64,000 bases of DNA. Source: Thermoanaerobaculia bacterium. Its GTDB lineage: Bacteria; Acidobacteriota; Thermoanaerobaculia; UBA5066; Gp7-AA6. Within the stretch, counting starts at the first letter, position 1. The number at the start of each line of letters is the position of its first letter. The DNA lies in the NCBI GenBank assembly GCA_036395755.1, contig DASWCZ010000079.1, positions 6,363 to 70,362 on the forward strand, written 5' to 3'. Made by a program: the position numbers and the translations under genes. Under the pieces are notes generated by a model that had not been told where the DNA came from, searched no databases, and saw only the letters and a program-made list of their open reading frames with translations. Positions 8,476 to 21,596 of the stretch are shown here, in pieces.

Positions 8476-9095
8476 CGCTCTCTTCCCGCGAGCAATTCGC
8501 CGGAGAGCGGATGCCGGAAGAGCTGTTCGATGACCGACGTGGAGATCGCGGCGACGTCGGCGCCCATCAGCGCCGCGTCGAGCACGTGGATCGGGTTGCG
8601 CAGCTCCGAGACCACGATCTGCGTCTGGAAGCCGTAGTTGTCGTACACGCGGATGATCTGCTCGACCAAATCCATGCCGATCGAGCCGACGTCGTCGAGC
8701 GCGCCCACCGCGGGAGCCACGTAGCTGACGTTCGATTTCGCCGCGATCAGCGCCTGCGCGGCGGAGTAACAGCCCGACGCGCAGACGGCGACCTGATCCT
8801 GCGCGAGCAGCCGCGCGACCCGCATTGCCTCGGGCTGCGCGGGTAGCTGCACGACGATGTCCTTTCCGAGCTTCGCGAGCTCGCGCGCCTCCTTGTACAT
8901 GCCCTTCGCGTCGGTCGAGACCGGACCGACGCAGACCGGGCCGTCGGTCAGCGAAGAGAGCTCGCGGGCGGCGCGACGTAAGTCGACCCCGGCCTTCTGA
9001 GCGGCCGCCGCGGAGAGCCAGACGCCGTCCAGAAGGCCCCACTCCCGCACTCTTTTCGCCTCATCGGCGATCGCGCTCTCGAGGAAAAACCGCAT
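8472..9095 (-). CDS. tal: Short-form transaldolase / fructose-6-phosphate aldolase family (TalC/Fsa-like, ~207 aa)
   Basis: MRFFLESA...MYKEARELAKLG..IVVQLP...VAPAVGALDD: typical short transaldolase family layout. Confidence 0.8.
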   Translation of the reverse strand: MRFFLESAIADEAKRVREWGLLDGVWLSAAAAQKAGVDLRRAARELSSLTDGPVCVGPVSTDAKGMYKEARELAKLGKDIVVQLPAQPEAMRVARLLAQDQVAVCASGCYSAAQALIAAKSNVSYVAPAVGALDDVGSIGMDLVEQIIRVYDNYGFQTQIVVSELRNPIHVLDAALMGADVAAISTSVIEQLFRHPLSGELLAGRER

Positions 9096-9189
9096 GGGTG
9101 GCGGGGGATTCTACCCCTCACCCTTTTCGCACAGGCTCCGCGGCGAATCCCTCGGGCCTCTCGGGTGAGTTCGTCCTCGGGATCGCGAC

Positions 9190-11838
9190 TTAAGGGAGGT
9201 CCTCGTCCAAGAACGGAGTGGGTTCCCCCATTCCTTTGGACTTGGGCCCAGGGTTCAGAGTCTGATCTCCGGTTCCGGGCAGCGCCGCCTGGGGCTCGTC
9301 GTCGTTCTCGTCCGGCTCGGCGAGCTTCGCGACGGCGACGACGCGGTCCCCTTCGTCCAAGTTGATCAGCCGGACCCCCTGGGCGGCGCGGCCCGTCTCC
9401 CGGATGTCTTTGACCTTGATCCGGATCAGCATCCCGCTCTGCGTGATGAGAAGGAGCTGGTCGACGTCGGTGACCGACTTGATGCCGGCGACTGGACCGT
9501 TCTTTTCGGTGACCTTGATGTTGATCACGCCGGAGCCGCCGCGCGCCTGGAACCGGTACTCGGACGCCTCGGACCGTTTCCCGTATCCCTTCTCGGTCAC
9601 CGTCAGAAGATGGCCGTGCTCCTCGACGACTTCCATCTCCACGACGTAGTCGCCGTCTTTCTTGAGAGCGATGCCCCAGACCCCCGTCGTGTCGCGGCCG
9701 GTCGGACGCACGTCGGTCTCCGCGAAGCGGATGCCCTGTCCGAGGTGGGTGCCGATGAAGATCTGGCGTGTTCCATCGGTGACGCGTACGGAGAGGAGCT
9801 CGTCCCCATCCTCGACGTTGATCGCGATGATCCCGCCGGAGCGGACGTTCGAGTACGCCGAGAGGGCGGTCTTCTTGACGAGCCCCTGTCGGGTCGCGAA
9901 GACGAGGTACTGGTCCTCCGGGAAGTCCTTCGTGGAGGCGAGCGCCACGACGCGCTCGTTCGGATCGAGGTTCAGCAGGTTGACGATCGCCTTACCGCGC
10001 GTGGCCGGGCCGAGCTGCGGGACCTCGTACACCTTGATCCAGTGCATCCGGCCGCGCGAGGTGAACGCGAGTATGTAGGCGTGCGTCGAAGCGACGAAGA
10101 GGTGCTCGACCACGTCCTCTTCCTTCGTCGTCGCGCCGATGCGGCCTTTGCCGCCGCGCCGCTGCGCGCGGTAGAGGGACAGGGGAGAGCGCTTGATGTA
10201 ACCGCCGCGGGAGACCGTGATCACCATGTCCTCTTCGACGATCAGGTCCTCGATGTCGATGTCCGACGCTTCCGCGATGATCTCGGTCCGGCGCTCGTCG
10301 CCGAAGAGTTTCTTCGCCTCCTGGAGCTCCTCGACGATGATCTCCAGGACGAGATTCTCGGACCCGAGGATCTCGCGCAGCCTGGCGATGAGCGCGAGCA
10401 CTTCCTGGAACTCGGCGACGATCTTTTCGCGCTCGAGTCCCGTCAGCCTCTGCAGGCGCATCTCGAGGATGGCCTGCGCCTGGACCTCGTCCAGCCGCAT
10501 GACGTCCTCGCTCTTCTTTCCTTTCGCCGGCGTGTCGCCGAGCTTCACTCCAGTGAATTTCTCGAGGCCCGCGCGCGTCATCGAGACTTCCGAGATCAAC
10601 CGTTCCTTCGCTTCCTTCGGGTCCTTCGATCCGCGGATGATCTTGATGACGAGGTCGATGTTCGCGAGGGCCAGCGCGAGGCCGCGCAGAAGGTGCGCGC
10701 GCTCCTCCGCCTTCTTGAGGTCGAACTGGGTGCGCCTGATGACCACCGACTTGCGGTGATCGATGAAGTGGCGCAGCAGGTCGGCGAGCGGGAGGATCTT
10801 CGGCTGGTTTTCGACGATCGCCAGGAAGATGATCCCGAAGGTCGACTGCATCGGGGTGAGCGCGTAGAGCTGGTTCAGGACGACCTGGGCGTTCTCCCCG
10901 CGCTTCAGCTCCACGACGACCCGGATTCCCTCGCGGCTCGACTCGTCGCGGAGGTCGGCGATCCCCTCGATCTTCTTTTCGTTGACGAGCTCGGCGATCC
11001 TCTCCACCAGCTTCGCCTTGTTGACCTGGTAGGGGATCTCGGTCAGGACGATCGATTCCTTTTCGCCGCGCGCCGCCTTTTCGATCACGGCCCGGGCGCG
11101 GACCTGCACGATGCCGCGGCCCGTTTTGTACGCGTCTCGAATCCCCTGGGCGCCGTGGATGAAACCGGCGGTGGGGAAGTCCGGGCCCTGCATCTTGCGC
11201 ATCAGCTGCGAAAGCGAGGCGTCGGGGTGCCGGATGAGCTCGATCGTCGCGTCGACGACCTCGCCCAGGTTGTGCGGCGGGATATTCGTCGCCATGCCGA
11301 CCGCGATGCCCGAAGATCCATTGACCAGAAGGTTGGGAAACTTGGCCGGCAACATCGTCGGCTCGACGAGCGAGCCGTCGTAGGTGGGCACCCAGTCGAC
11401 GGTCTCCTTGTCGATGTCCTCGCCGATCAGCTCCGCCGCGAGCCGCGTCAGGCGAACTTCGGTGTAGCGCATGGCCGCTGCGTTGTCGCCGTCGACCGAG
11501 CCGAAGTTGCCCTGTCCGTCGACGAGCGGATAGCGCATCGAGAAGTCCTGCGCCATCCGGACGATCGAGTCGTACACGGAGCCTTCGCCGTGGGGGTGGT
11601 ACTTGCCGAGCACGTCTCCGACGATGCGGGCGGACTTCTTGTACGGCCGGTTGTGGAAGTTGCTCTGCTCCCACATGCCGTAGAGGCAGCGGCGGTGGAC
11701 CGGCTTCAGCCCGTCGCGGACGTCGGGCAGCGCGCGGCCGATGATGACCGACATCGCATAGTCGAGGTAAGACCGGCGGACCTCGTCCTCGATCGTGACG
11801 GGGACTTTTTCTTCGGGGGTCAGGAGGTTCGGGCTCAT
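9190..11838 (-). CDS. gyrA: DNA gyrase subunit A
   Basis: N-terminal [25 protein letters not shown]-terminal beta-pinwheel repeats, acidic C-terminal tail. Confidence 0.95.
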   Translation of the reverse strand: MSPNLLTPEEKVPVTIEDEVRRSYLDYAMSVIIGRALPDVRDGLKPVHRRCLYGMWEQSNFHNRPYKKSARIVGDVLGKYHPHGEGSVYDSIVRMAQDFSMRYPLVDGQGNFGSVDGDNAAAMRYTEVRLTRLAAELIGEDIDKETVDWVPTYDGSLVEPTMLPAKFPNLLVNGSSGIAVGMATNIPPHNLGEVVDATIELIRHPDASLSQLMRKMQGPDFPTAGFIHGAQGIRDAYKTGRGIVQVRARAVIEKAARGEKESIVLTEIPYQVNKAKLVERIAELVNEKKIEGIADLRDESSREGIRVVVELKRGENAQVVLNQLYALTPMQSTFGIIFLAIVENQPKILPLADLLRHFIDHRKSVVIRRTQFDLKKAEERAHLLRGLALALANIDLVIKIIRGSKDPKEAKERLISEVSMTRAGLEKFTGVKLGDTPAKGKKSEDVMRLDEVQAQAILEMRLQRLTGLEREKIVAEFQEVLALIARLREILGSENLVLEIIVEELQEAKKLFGDERRTEIIAEASDIDIEDLIVEEDMVITVSRGGYIKRSPLSLYRAQRRGGKGRIGATTKEEDVVEHLFVASTHAYILAFTSRGRMHWIKVYEVPQLGPATRGKAIVNLLNLDPNERVVALASTKDFPEDQYLVFATRQGLVKKTALSAYSNVRSGGIIAINVEDGDELLSVRVTDGTRQIFIGTHLGQGIRFAETDVRPTGRDTTGVWGIALKKDGDYVVEMEVVEEHGHLLTVTEKGYGKRSEASEYRFQARGGSGVINIKVTEKNGPVAGIKSVTDVDQLLLITQSGMLIRIKVKDIRETGRAAQGVRLINLDEGDRVVAVAKLAEPDENDDEPQAALPGTGDQTLNPGPKSKGMGEPTPFLDEDLP

Positions 11839-11850
11839 TTATTCACGGAC

Positions 11851-11934
11851 CCCGCAGTCATTCCGAGGAGCGCAGCGACGAGGAATCTCCTCGGCGCAAG
11901 AGATCCCTCGCCGCGCTCGGGATGACCCTTCGGG
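11851..11934. repeat. Second copy of the long GTCATTCCGAGG...CGAGGAATC hairpin element, filling the gyrA-gyrB intergenic region
   Basis: gtcattccgagg...cgaggaatctcctcg...ctcgggatgac; the arms pair with 1 mismatch. Confidence 0.5.
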
Positions 11935-15469
<3,535 letters not shown>

Positions 15470-15503
15470 GATCGTTTCCGGTCGGACGACTGCGGAAGAT
15501 CCC

Positions 15504-16616
15504 TCACAGCCGCATCGGCATGACGACGTACAGGTATCGCGACGCGCCGTCGATCCCGCCCTCGGGGGAGCAGAGGCACTGCGTGTTTTCGTCTTTCAGC
15601 TCCAGCCTTACGTTCTCGGTCTCCGCCTCGTCGAAGAAGTCGAGAAGGTATTGCGCGTTCAGCCCGATCGACAGCGGCTCTCCGTCGTATCGCACGTCGA
15701 GCGTCTCGTTTCCCTCTCCGAGCTCCTGGCTCGCGGACGCGACCGTCAGGAGGTCCTTCTCGAACGAGAGGCGTACTCCGCGCGCCCTCTCCGGAGAAAA
15801 CAGGGCGACGCGCCGAATCGCGGACTGGCAGACGAGTCGCGGGACGATCGCGACCTTGTCGTTTCCCTTTCCGAGGATCTTTTCGTAGTCGGGGAAGTTG
15901 ACATCCAAGAGCCGCGCGATCAATTGCCGGCTGCCGACGCGGAAAAGGAGATGGTTTTCCGAATGCCGGATCTCGAGATCGCCGGCTTCGCCCGCGTCCA
16001 TCTTGAGGATCTCAGTCAGCGCCTTCTTGGGGATGAGGACGTTCGGGAGCGTTCCCTTTCCGTTCTCCCGCGCGAAATTGACGAGGGCCAGGCGGTGCCC
16101 GTCGGTTGCGACGAGCTCGAACTCCTTCCCTTTTTCCTTCAAGAGAGCGCCCATCAGCTGGAAGCGCGTCTCCTCCGAGGAGACGGCATACAAGACCTTA
16201 CGGGTCAGTCGTTTCCAGGCCTCGAGAGGAAAGGTCATCCCCCCCTTTCCCTCGACTTTCGGGACCGTCGGATAGTCCTCCGCGGGCTGCGCGACGAGCC
16301 GGAAGCTCGACCGCTCGCACGTCACGCCCAGGTAGTGGTTCTCCATCAGCTTTAAGCGGACGTCCGCCTCCGGAAGGTTGCGGATCAGATCGAACAGTTT
16401 GCGCGCGGGAACCGTCACGGCGCCCGGACGCGATACCCGCGCCTGCGCCGAAGAGAGCAACGTCAGGTCGAGATCGGTCGATGTGAGATCCAGGTGCCCG
16501 TCGGACGCTTTCAAGAGAATGTTGGAGAGAATCGGAATGGTGTTTTTCCTCTCGACGACGCCCTGCATGAGCGCAAGCTCGTTCAGAAAATCGCCCCGCT
16601 TGAGCGTCAATTCCAT
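15504..16616 (-). CDS. dnaN: DNA polymerase III beta sliding clamp
   Basis: Three-domain clamp, ~370 aa, positioned between dnaA and recF. Confidence 0.9.
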   Translation of the reverse strand: MELTLKRGDFLNELALMQGVVERKNTIPILSNILLKASDGHLDLTSTDLDLTLLSSAQARVSRPGAVTVPARKLFDLIRNLPEADVRLKLMENHYLGVTCERSSFRLVAQPAEDYPTVPKVEGKGGMTFPLEAWKRLTRKVLYAVSSEETRFQLMGALLKEKGKEFELVATDGHRLALVNFARENGKGTLPNVLIPKKALTEILKMDAGEAGDLEIRHSENHLLFRVGSRQLIARLLDVNFPDYEKILGKGNDKVAIVPRLVCQSAIRRVALFSPERARGVRLSFEKDLLTVASASQELGEGNETLDVRYDGEPLSIGLNAQYLLDFFDEAETENVRLELKDENTQCLCSPEGGIDGASRYLYVVMPMRL

Positions 16617-16856
16617 TGGGGGAATCCACCTCCGAATTGGAGAAAAAGTCTATCACATGTAGTTGTCGTAATAGGACTGTGCAGGAACGGCGCGACCTAG
16701 AAAAAAGGCAGGAAAAACGGGGCTGAAATGCTCGTCGCGCCTCCGCGAACGGCTGTGCGCCTGAGCGGAAACTTTGCCGAGCGGGGACGAACGAAGCGCG
16801 CTCGAAAGGATGTGGAAAAGCGCAAAGAGGAAGAACGGTCCGAAGACGCGAGCCGG
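16617..16856. promoter_or_regulatory. dnaA-dnaN intergenic region, relatively AT-rich, with a degenerate DnaA-box-like motif (TGTGGAAAA at ~16811); candidate oriC segment
   Basis: Read directly; weak matches only. Confidence 0.3.
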
Positions 16857-18176
16857 CTAGCGGTACGGCTGCTGGAAGCCCTCGATCACTTTGCGGAAAT
16901 CCGGATCGTCCTCCACCAACTTCTCGATCTTCTCGACGGAGTGCATGACCGTCGAATGGTGCTTGTCGTTGAACAGTCTTCCGATCTCCGGATACGAGAG
17001 GCCGGTCAGTCGCCGACAGAGATACATCGCGACCTGTCGCGGAAAAGCGATCGGTTTCGCGTTGGTCTTCGCCTTCAGATCCGACACGCGCAACCCGTAG
17101 TGCGACGCCACGGTTTTGATGATTTCCGAGGGAATTGCCCGGTTTTCGTCGCGTCCAAGGATGTCGCGGAGGGTTTCGCGCGCGAGCTCGATCGAAACCG
17201 GCTTTCCGGTCAGCGAGGAGAAGGCCAGGACGCGGTTCAGCCGCCCCTCGAGCTCCCGGACGTTCGACCGGACCGTTCCGGCGATGAAGAGCGCGACGTC
17301 GTTCGGGATCTCCGCTTTCTCCGCCGCGGCCTTCTTCCGGATGATCGCCACCTTCATCTCGAGATCCGGAGGCTGGATGTCGGCGATCAGGCCCCACTCG
17401 AACCGGGAGCGGAGGCGTTCTTCGAGCGTCGGAATCTCTTTCGGAAGCGCGTCGGACGTCACCACGATCTGCTTCTGCGCATCGTGGAGCGCGTTGAAGG
17501 TGTGGAAAAACTCTTCCTGCGTCGAGTCCTTGCCCGCGATGAACTGGATGTCGTCCATCAGGAGCACGTCGAGCTCGCGGTAACGGCTCTTGAACTCGTG
17601 CATCTTCTCGAACCGCAGCGCGTTGATCAGCTCGTTCAAGAATCGTTCCGCCGACAGGTACATCACCCGCAAGCCCGGCGATTTCCGGACGACCTCATGG
17701 GCGATCGCGTGAACGAGGTGAGTCTTGCCGAGCCCGACGCCGCCGTAGAGAAAGAGCGGGTTGTACGAGCGCGAGGGGGATTCGGCGACGGCGCGCGCCG
17801 CAGCGTGGGCGAACTGATTCGAGGAGCCGACAACGAAACTGTCGAAGGTGAAGCGCGGATTCAGGACCAGGCCGCGCGGCTCCCGAACGGCCGGGGCGGG
17901 CGCCGGCGGCGGAGGGATGTCGATCGCCGCGGCCTGGAAGCGGAAATCGAGCTCCGGGAACCCGGCGGCCGCCGCTTCCCGCTTGAGGAGGTCTCCGTGG
18001 CGTCCGCGGATCCAGTCGGCGAAGACGGGGCTCGGAACCGAAACGGTCAGCGCCGCCCGGGAATCGCCGGCGGGCTCGAAGGAGACCTGCCGGGTCGGGG
18101 CGAACCACGTCTTCAGTTCTTTCGGGTCGAGCTTCCCCTCGAGATTCCTGACGATTGAAGACCAGATCTCGGTCAT
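16857..18176 (-). CDS. dnaA: Chromosomal replication initiator DnaA
   Basis: AAA+ domain (LFLYGGVGLGKTHL), C-terminal DNA-binding domain (helix-turn-helix). Confidence 0.95.
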   Translation of the reverse strand: MTEIWSSIVRNLEGKLDPKELKTWFAPTRQVSFEPAGDSRAALTVSVPSPVFADWIRGRHGDLLKREAAAAGFPELDFRFQAAAIDIPPPPAPAPAVREPRGLVLNPRFTFDSFVVGSSNQFAHAAARAVAESPSRSYNPLFLYGGVGLGKTHLVHAIAHEVVRKSPGLRVMYLSAERFLNELINALRFEKMHEFKSRYRELDVLLMDDIQFIAGKDSTQEEFFHTFNALHDAQKQIVVTSDALPKEIPTLEERLRSRFEWGLIADIQPPDLEMKVAIIRKKAAAEKAEIPNDVALFIAGTVRSNVRELEGRLNRVLAFSSLTGKPVSIELARETLRDILGRDENRAIPSEIIKTVASHYGLRVSDLKAKTNAKPIAFPRQVAMYLCRRLTGLSYPEIGRLFNDKHHSTVMHSVEKIEKLVEDDPDFRKVIEGFQQPYR

Positions 18177-18185
18177 TGCCGACCC

Positions 18186-18218
18186 CGGTTTTCCGCAAGT
18201 TTTTCCGCAGCTGTGGAA
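18186..18218. promoter_or_regulatory. Cluster of three DnaA-box-like nonamers (TTTTCCGCA, TTTTCCGCA, and TGTGGAAAG on the opposite strand) immediately upstream of dnaA in the divergent dnaA/rpmH region; dnaA autoregulation and/or oriC
   Basis: ggttttccgcaagtttttccgcagctgtggaaag; each is 2 mismatches from TTATCCACA. Confidence 0.45.
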
Positions 18219-18289
18219 AGTCCCATCTGCGTGCCGCCGCCGTGGAAGGGGGCGGAGTATATACCCCGGCTGCCGGCCGCCCGGACACT

Positions 18290-18328
18290 CAGCGGGGACA
18301 GGTCCTGCGGACCTGCGCCCGCCACCGG
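18290..18328 (+). repeat. REP-like palindromic element
   Basis: cagcggggacaggtcctgcggacctgcgcccgccaccgg. Confidence 0.6.
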
Positions 18329-18356
18329 ACGACGCCGCAAAGGGGGCCCGCGCGGC

Positions 18357-18385
18357 TTGACTTATCGCACCGCCGCACCTAGCAT
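18357..18385 (+). promoter_or_regulatory. Candidate sigma70-type promoter for rpmH (TTGACT-N17-TAGCAT)
   Basis: Read directly, 12 nt upstream of the rpmH ATG; the -10 is a weak match. Confidence 0.3.
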
Positions 18386-18397
18386 GGCCCGTTTTTT

Positions 18398-18532
18398 ATG
18401 AAGCGGACCTATCAGCCCAACAATCGGCGGCGCCGGCGCACACACGGGTTCCTGGTGCGCATGCGGACCCGCTCGGGGCGCGCGGTGATCTCGGCGCGCC
18501 GGCGCAAGGGGCGCAAGAAACTCTCGGTGTGA
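18398..18532 (+). CDS. rpmH: 50S ribosomal protein L34
   Basis: [44 protein letters not shown], translated by eye; absent from the ORF track (below its size cutoff). Confidence 0.9.
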   Translation: MKRTYQPNNRRRRRTHGFLVRMRTRSGRAVISARRRKGRKKLSV

Positions 18533-18942
18533 ATTCGGGCCCGGATCGTCGCCGGGAGACGTTCTCCCGCGACGACCGCCTTCGGAAACGACGGGAATTC
18601 GAAGAGTGCTACGCCTCCGGAGTGCGCGTCTCCGGGCGCCATCTCCAGCTTTTTCTGCTGCCGCCGGCGGGAGCGGGGGCGCCGATGACCCCCGCGCGGC
18701 CGCGGCTCGGCATTTCGGTGCCGCGCCGGGTCGGCGGAGCGGTCGTCCGCAACCGGGTGCGCCGGCGACTCCGCGAGATCTTCCGCCGAAGCCGGGAGCT
18801 CTTCGGTCAGCGGGGCGGGAACGTGGTCGTGAACGCGCGCCCCTCGGCATCGGAGGCGACCTTCGCGGAGCTCGCCGAAGAGTATCGGTCGCTTCTCGCG
18901 AAGAGCCTTTCCCGCCCGCCGGAGAATCGGCGTCCCGGATGA
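18529..18942 (+). CDS. rnpA: Ribonuclease P protein component
   Basis: [10 protein letters not shown]...HLQLFL... basic 137 aa protein; GTG start overlaps the rpmH stop. Confidence 0.85.
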   Translation: MNSGPDRRRETFSRDDRLRKRREFEECYASGVRVSGRHLQLFLLPPAGAGAPMTPARPRLGISVPRRVGGAVVRNRVRRRLREIFRRSRELFGQRGGNVVVNARPSASEATFAELAEEYRSLLAKSLSRPPENRRPG

Positions 18943-19157
18943 GCGCGGGTGCCCGCGCAGCCTCCAGGGTCCTGCGTTTCTACAAAGCCATCCTCTCGCC
19001 TCTGCTGCCACGCGCCTGCCGGTACGAGCCGACCTGCTCGGTGTACGCCCGCGAGGCGATCGAGCGCTACGGTTTCCGGCGCGGCGCGGGTCTCGCGCTC
19101 GCAAGGCTCCTCCGCTGCCACCCGTTCCGGCCGGGCGGGTTCGATCCGGTCCCGTGA
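18939..19157 (+). CDS. yidD: Membrane protein insertion efficiency factor YidD
   Basis: [51 protein letters not shown]; ATG overlaps the rnpA stop. Confidence 0.85.
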   Translation: MSAGARAASRVLRFYKAILSPLLPRACRYEPTCSVYAREAIERYGFRRGAGLALARLLRCHPFRPGGFDPVP

Positions 19158-19199
19158 GCGCGAAACCCGTTTTCTCGATCGAGCGCGCCTGAAACGACC

Positions 19200-20825
19200 G
19201 TGGAAAAGCGTCTCCTTCTCGCCGCGCTCCTGTCTCTCGGCATCCTGTTGCTCTGGGAGTGGATCGGTCCGCGTCCACCCCGGCGCGCGACGCTCCCCGT
19301 CGTCCCGACGAAGGGAGCTCTCGTCGTTTCGACGCCGGTGGCCGCCCGGGCGCCGGAGCCCGTCCCGGAAGGCGTGCGGATCGCGGGCACGCAGGAAGGC
19401 CTGACGACCGTCGAGAACGACGTCGCGCGAGCAACCTTCTCCAACCGGGGCGCGGTGCTGACGTCCTTCGTTCTCAGAAAGCATACCGACGACCAGAAGC
19501 GGCCGCTCGAGCTCGTCCGCGCCATCGGCGATCCGTCCGCGAAGTCGCTCGCCCTCGTGTTTCCGGGAAAACCGGACTTGACGCAGCTCGCTTCGAACGC
19601 GCTGTACGCCGTCGAGACCGGTCCCGCCCACACCGTGCGTTTCCGATACGGCGACGAGCGGCTCACGGTGACGAAGGAGGTTCGCCTCGGCGACGGGTAT
19701 CTCTTCGACGTCCAGGTCTCCGTCGCGGGTCCGGAGTTCACGCTCATCGTCGGAACGGGCCTGCGCAACCCGACCGTGGGCGAGCGAGCGTCGCGCTACG
19801 TGATGCCGCCGACCGCGGTCGCGAGCACGGACAGCGGTCTCCAGCGCGTCTCGGCCCAGAAGCTGGAGAAAGAAACCGCGTGGCCGGTCCCTGCCAACGG
19901 CTTCGTCGGGATCGAGGACAACTATTTCCTGACGGCGCTCGTTCCGCGGCATCCCGCGGCCGCGCGGATCTCTCGCTTCGCCCTGCCGGCAGCGCCCGGC
20001 GATCCAGCGGCGAAGCCGGAACCGCTGGTGTCCGTGGGAGTGGCGTCCTCCGGGACCCTGGAGGCGCGCGCCTTTTTCGGACCGAAAGACGTCGCGATCC
20101 TCGAGAGCGCCGGGCTCGGGCTCGAGCGCACCGTGAATTTCGGGTGGTTCGGAATCCTCGCGAGACCGCTGCTCTGGCTCCTGAAGAAGGCGTACGCCTG
20201 GTCGGGGAACTTCGGGCTGGCGATCCTGCTCGTGACTCTGCTGGTCCGGATCCTCCTCTTCCCGCTGATGCACAAGAGCTACGCGTCGATGAAGAAAATG
20301 CAGAAGCTCGCGCCCAAGATGAACGCCATCCGCGACCGTTACAAGAAGGCGAAGACCGACGCGGCGCAGCGCGCGAAGATGAACCAGGAGTTGATGGCGC
20401 TCTACCAGGCCGAGGGATACAACCCGATGAGCGGCTGCTTCCCGGTGGTGCTGCAGCTGCCGATCCTCGTCGCGTTCTACAACGTGCTTTCCCGGGCCGT
20501 GGAGCTGCGGCACGCCCCGTTCATGCTCTGGATCCGCGATCTGTCGGCAGTCGACCACACCTACGTGCTCCTGATCCTCATGATCGTGACGATGTACATC
20601 CAGCAAGCGATGACGCCTTCGACCGTCGACCCGATGCAGAAGAAGATCTTCATGGCCATGCCGCTCTTGTGGGGCTTCATGCTGAAGGACATGCCGTCCG
20701 GTCTCGTCCTCTACTGGCTGTTCTCGAACGTTTTGACGATCCTCCAGCAGATGCTGATCAACCGAATGGGCCGGGACGAACCGCAGGCGGGCAAGCCCGC
20801 GCGCGTCAAGATGGCGCGGGCGTAG
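19200..20825 (+). CDS. yidC: Membrane protein insertase YidC
   Basis: N-terminal TM segment, periplasmic domain, conserved C-terminal 5-TM core (FPLMHKSYASMKKMQKLAPKM...). Confidence 0.9.
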   Translation: MEKRLLLAALLSLGILLLWEWIGPRPPRRATLPVVPTKGALVVSTPVAARAPEPVPEGVRIAGTQEGLTTVENDVARATFSNRGAVLTSFVLRKHTDDQKRPLELVRAIGDPSAKSLALVFPGKPDLTQLASNALYAVETGPAHTVRFRYGDERLTVTKEVRLGDGYLFDVQVSVAGPEFTLIVGTGLRNPTVGERASRYVMPPTAVASTDSGLQRVSAQKLEKETAWPVPANGFVGIEDNYFLTALVPRHPAAARISRFALPAAPGDPAAKPEPLVSVGVASSGTLEARAFFGPKDVAILESAGLGLERTVNFGWFGILARPLLWLLKKAYAWSGNFGLAILLVTLLVRILLFPLMHKSYASMKKMQKLAPKMNAIRDRYKKAKTDAAQRAKMNQELMALYQAEGYNPMSGCFPVVLQLPILVAFYNVLSRAVELRHAPFMLWIRDLSAVDHTYVLLILMIVTMYIQQAMTPSTVDPMQKKIFMAMPLLWGFMLKDMPSGLVLYWLFSNVLTILQQMLINRMGRDEPQAGKPARVKMARA

Positions 20826-20849
20826 CCGAAGGCTGAAGGAGACGCAGCG

Positions 20850-21581
20850 ATGAGGTTCGAAGCGAAGACCGAAGCCGACGCCGTCGAGCAGGCCGCGCGC
20901 GCCTTCGGAAAATCCGCCGCGGAAGTCCGATACCGCGTCGTCCGCGACGAGAAATCGTTCTGGGGCGGCCGGATCGTGGAGATCGAAGTCGACGCGCCGG
21001 CGCCCGAGGAGAAAGCCGAAGCGATCGCGGAGGATGCCGGCGCGGTCCGCGCGGAAAGCGCGGAAGTCGAAATCCCAGTTCCCGATCGGGCGACCCGTCC
21101 GAGGAGAGAGGAGCCGGCGCCGCTCGACGAGGAGTCTTTCGCCGCCGTCGAATCGACGCTCTCCGAGTTGCTGTCGGTGGCCGGCTTCCTGGTCGAGACC
21201 CGCCGGAAGAGCTCGTCCGACGAGATGGTGATCGAGCTGATCGGAGATGACGTGGAGCCGCTCCTCGCCAACAAGGGCGAGGGCTTGAACGGCCTCGAGG
21301 TCCTGACGGGCCGCATCGCCAGCCGCCGCCTGGGACACCCGGTGTATCCGCGCCTGGACGCGGAGGGCTTCCGCGCGCACCAGCGCGAGTCGCTCGAAGA
21401 GCTGGCTCACCGATCCGCCGAAGAGGTCAAGCGCACGCGCCGGGCGACGCTCCTTCCCCCGCTCGCGCCCGGGGAACGTCGCCTCGTGCATCTCGCGCTC
21501 TCCTCCGATCCGGAGGTCGAGACCGAGAGCGAAGGCGAGGGTTATCTGAAGAGAGTCGCGGTCAAGCTCAAGTCGCTCTAG
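20850..21581 (+). CDS. jag: Jag/KhpB RNA-binding protein (KH + R3H)
   Basis: Position after yidC; C-terminal R3H-like LVHLALSSDPEVETESEGEG. Confidence 0.75.
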   Translation: MRFEAKTEADAVEQAARAFGKSAAEVRYRVVRDEKSFWGGRIVEIEVDAPAPEEKAEAIAEDAGAVRAESAEVEIPVPDRATRPRREEPAPLDEESFAAVESTLSELLSVAGFLVETRRKSSSDEMVIELIGDDVEPLLANKGEGLNGLEVLTGRIASRRLGHPVYPRLDAEGFRAHQRESLEELAHRSAEEVKRTRRATLLPPLAPGERRLVHLALSSDPEVETESEGEGYLKRVAVKLKSL

Positions 21582-21596
21582 GCCGGGGGTGAGGGC

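Noticed and set aside
8115-8637. Small plus-strand ORFs 8115..8339, 8218..8637, 8243..8533 and 8511..8846
   Set aside because: They overlap the minus-strand tal and small-protein genes or the MocR promoter region and have no motifs or RBS; most likely non-coding.
16649-16657. tctatcaca as a DnaA box
   Set aside because: Best alignment to TTATCCACA leaves 3 or more mismatches. Only TGTGGAAAA (16811) in that spacer is a reasonable 1-mismatch box.
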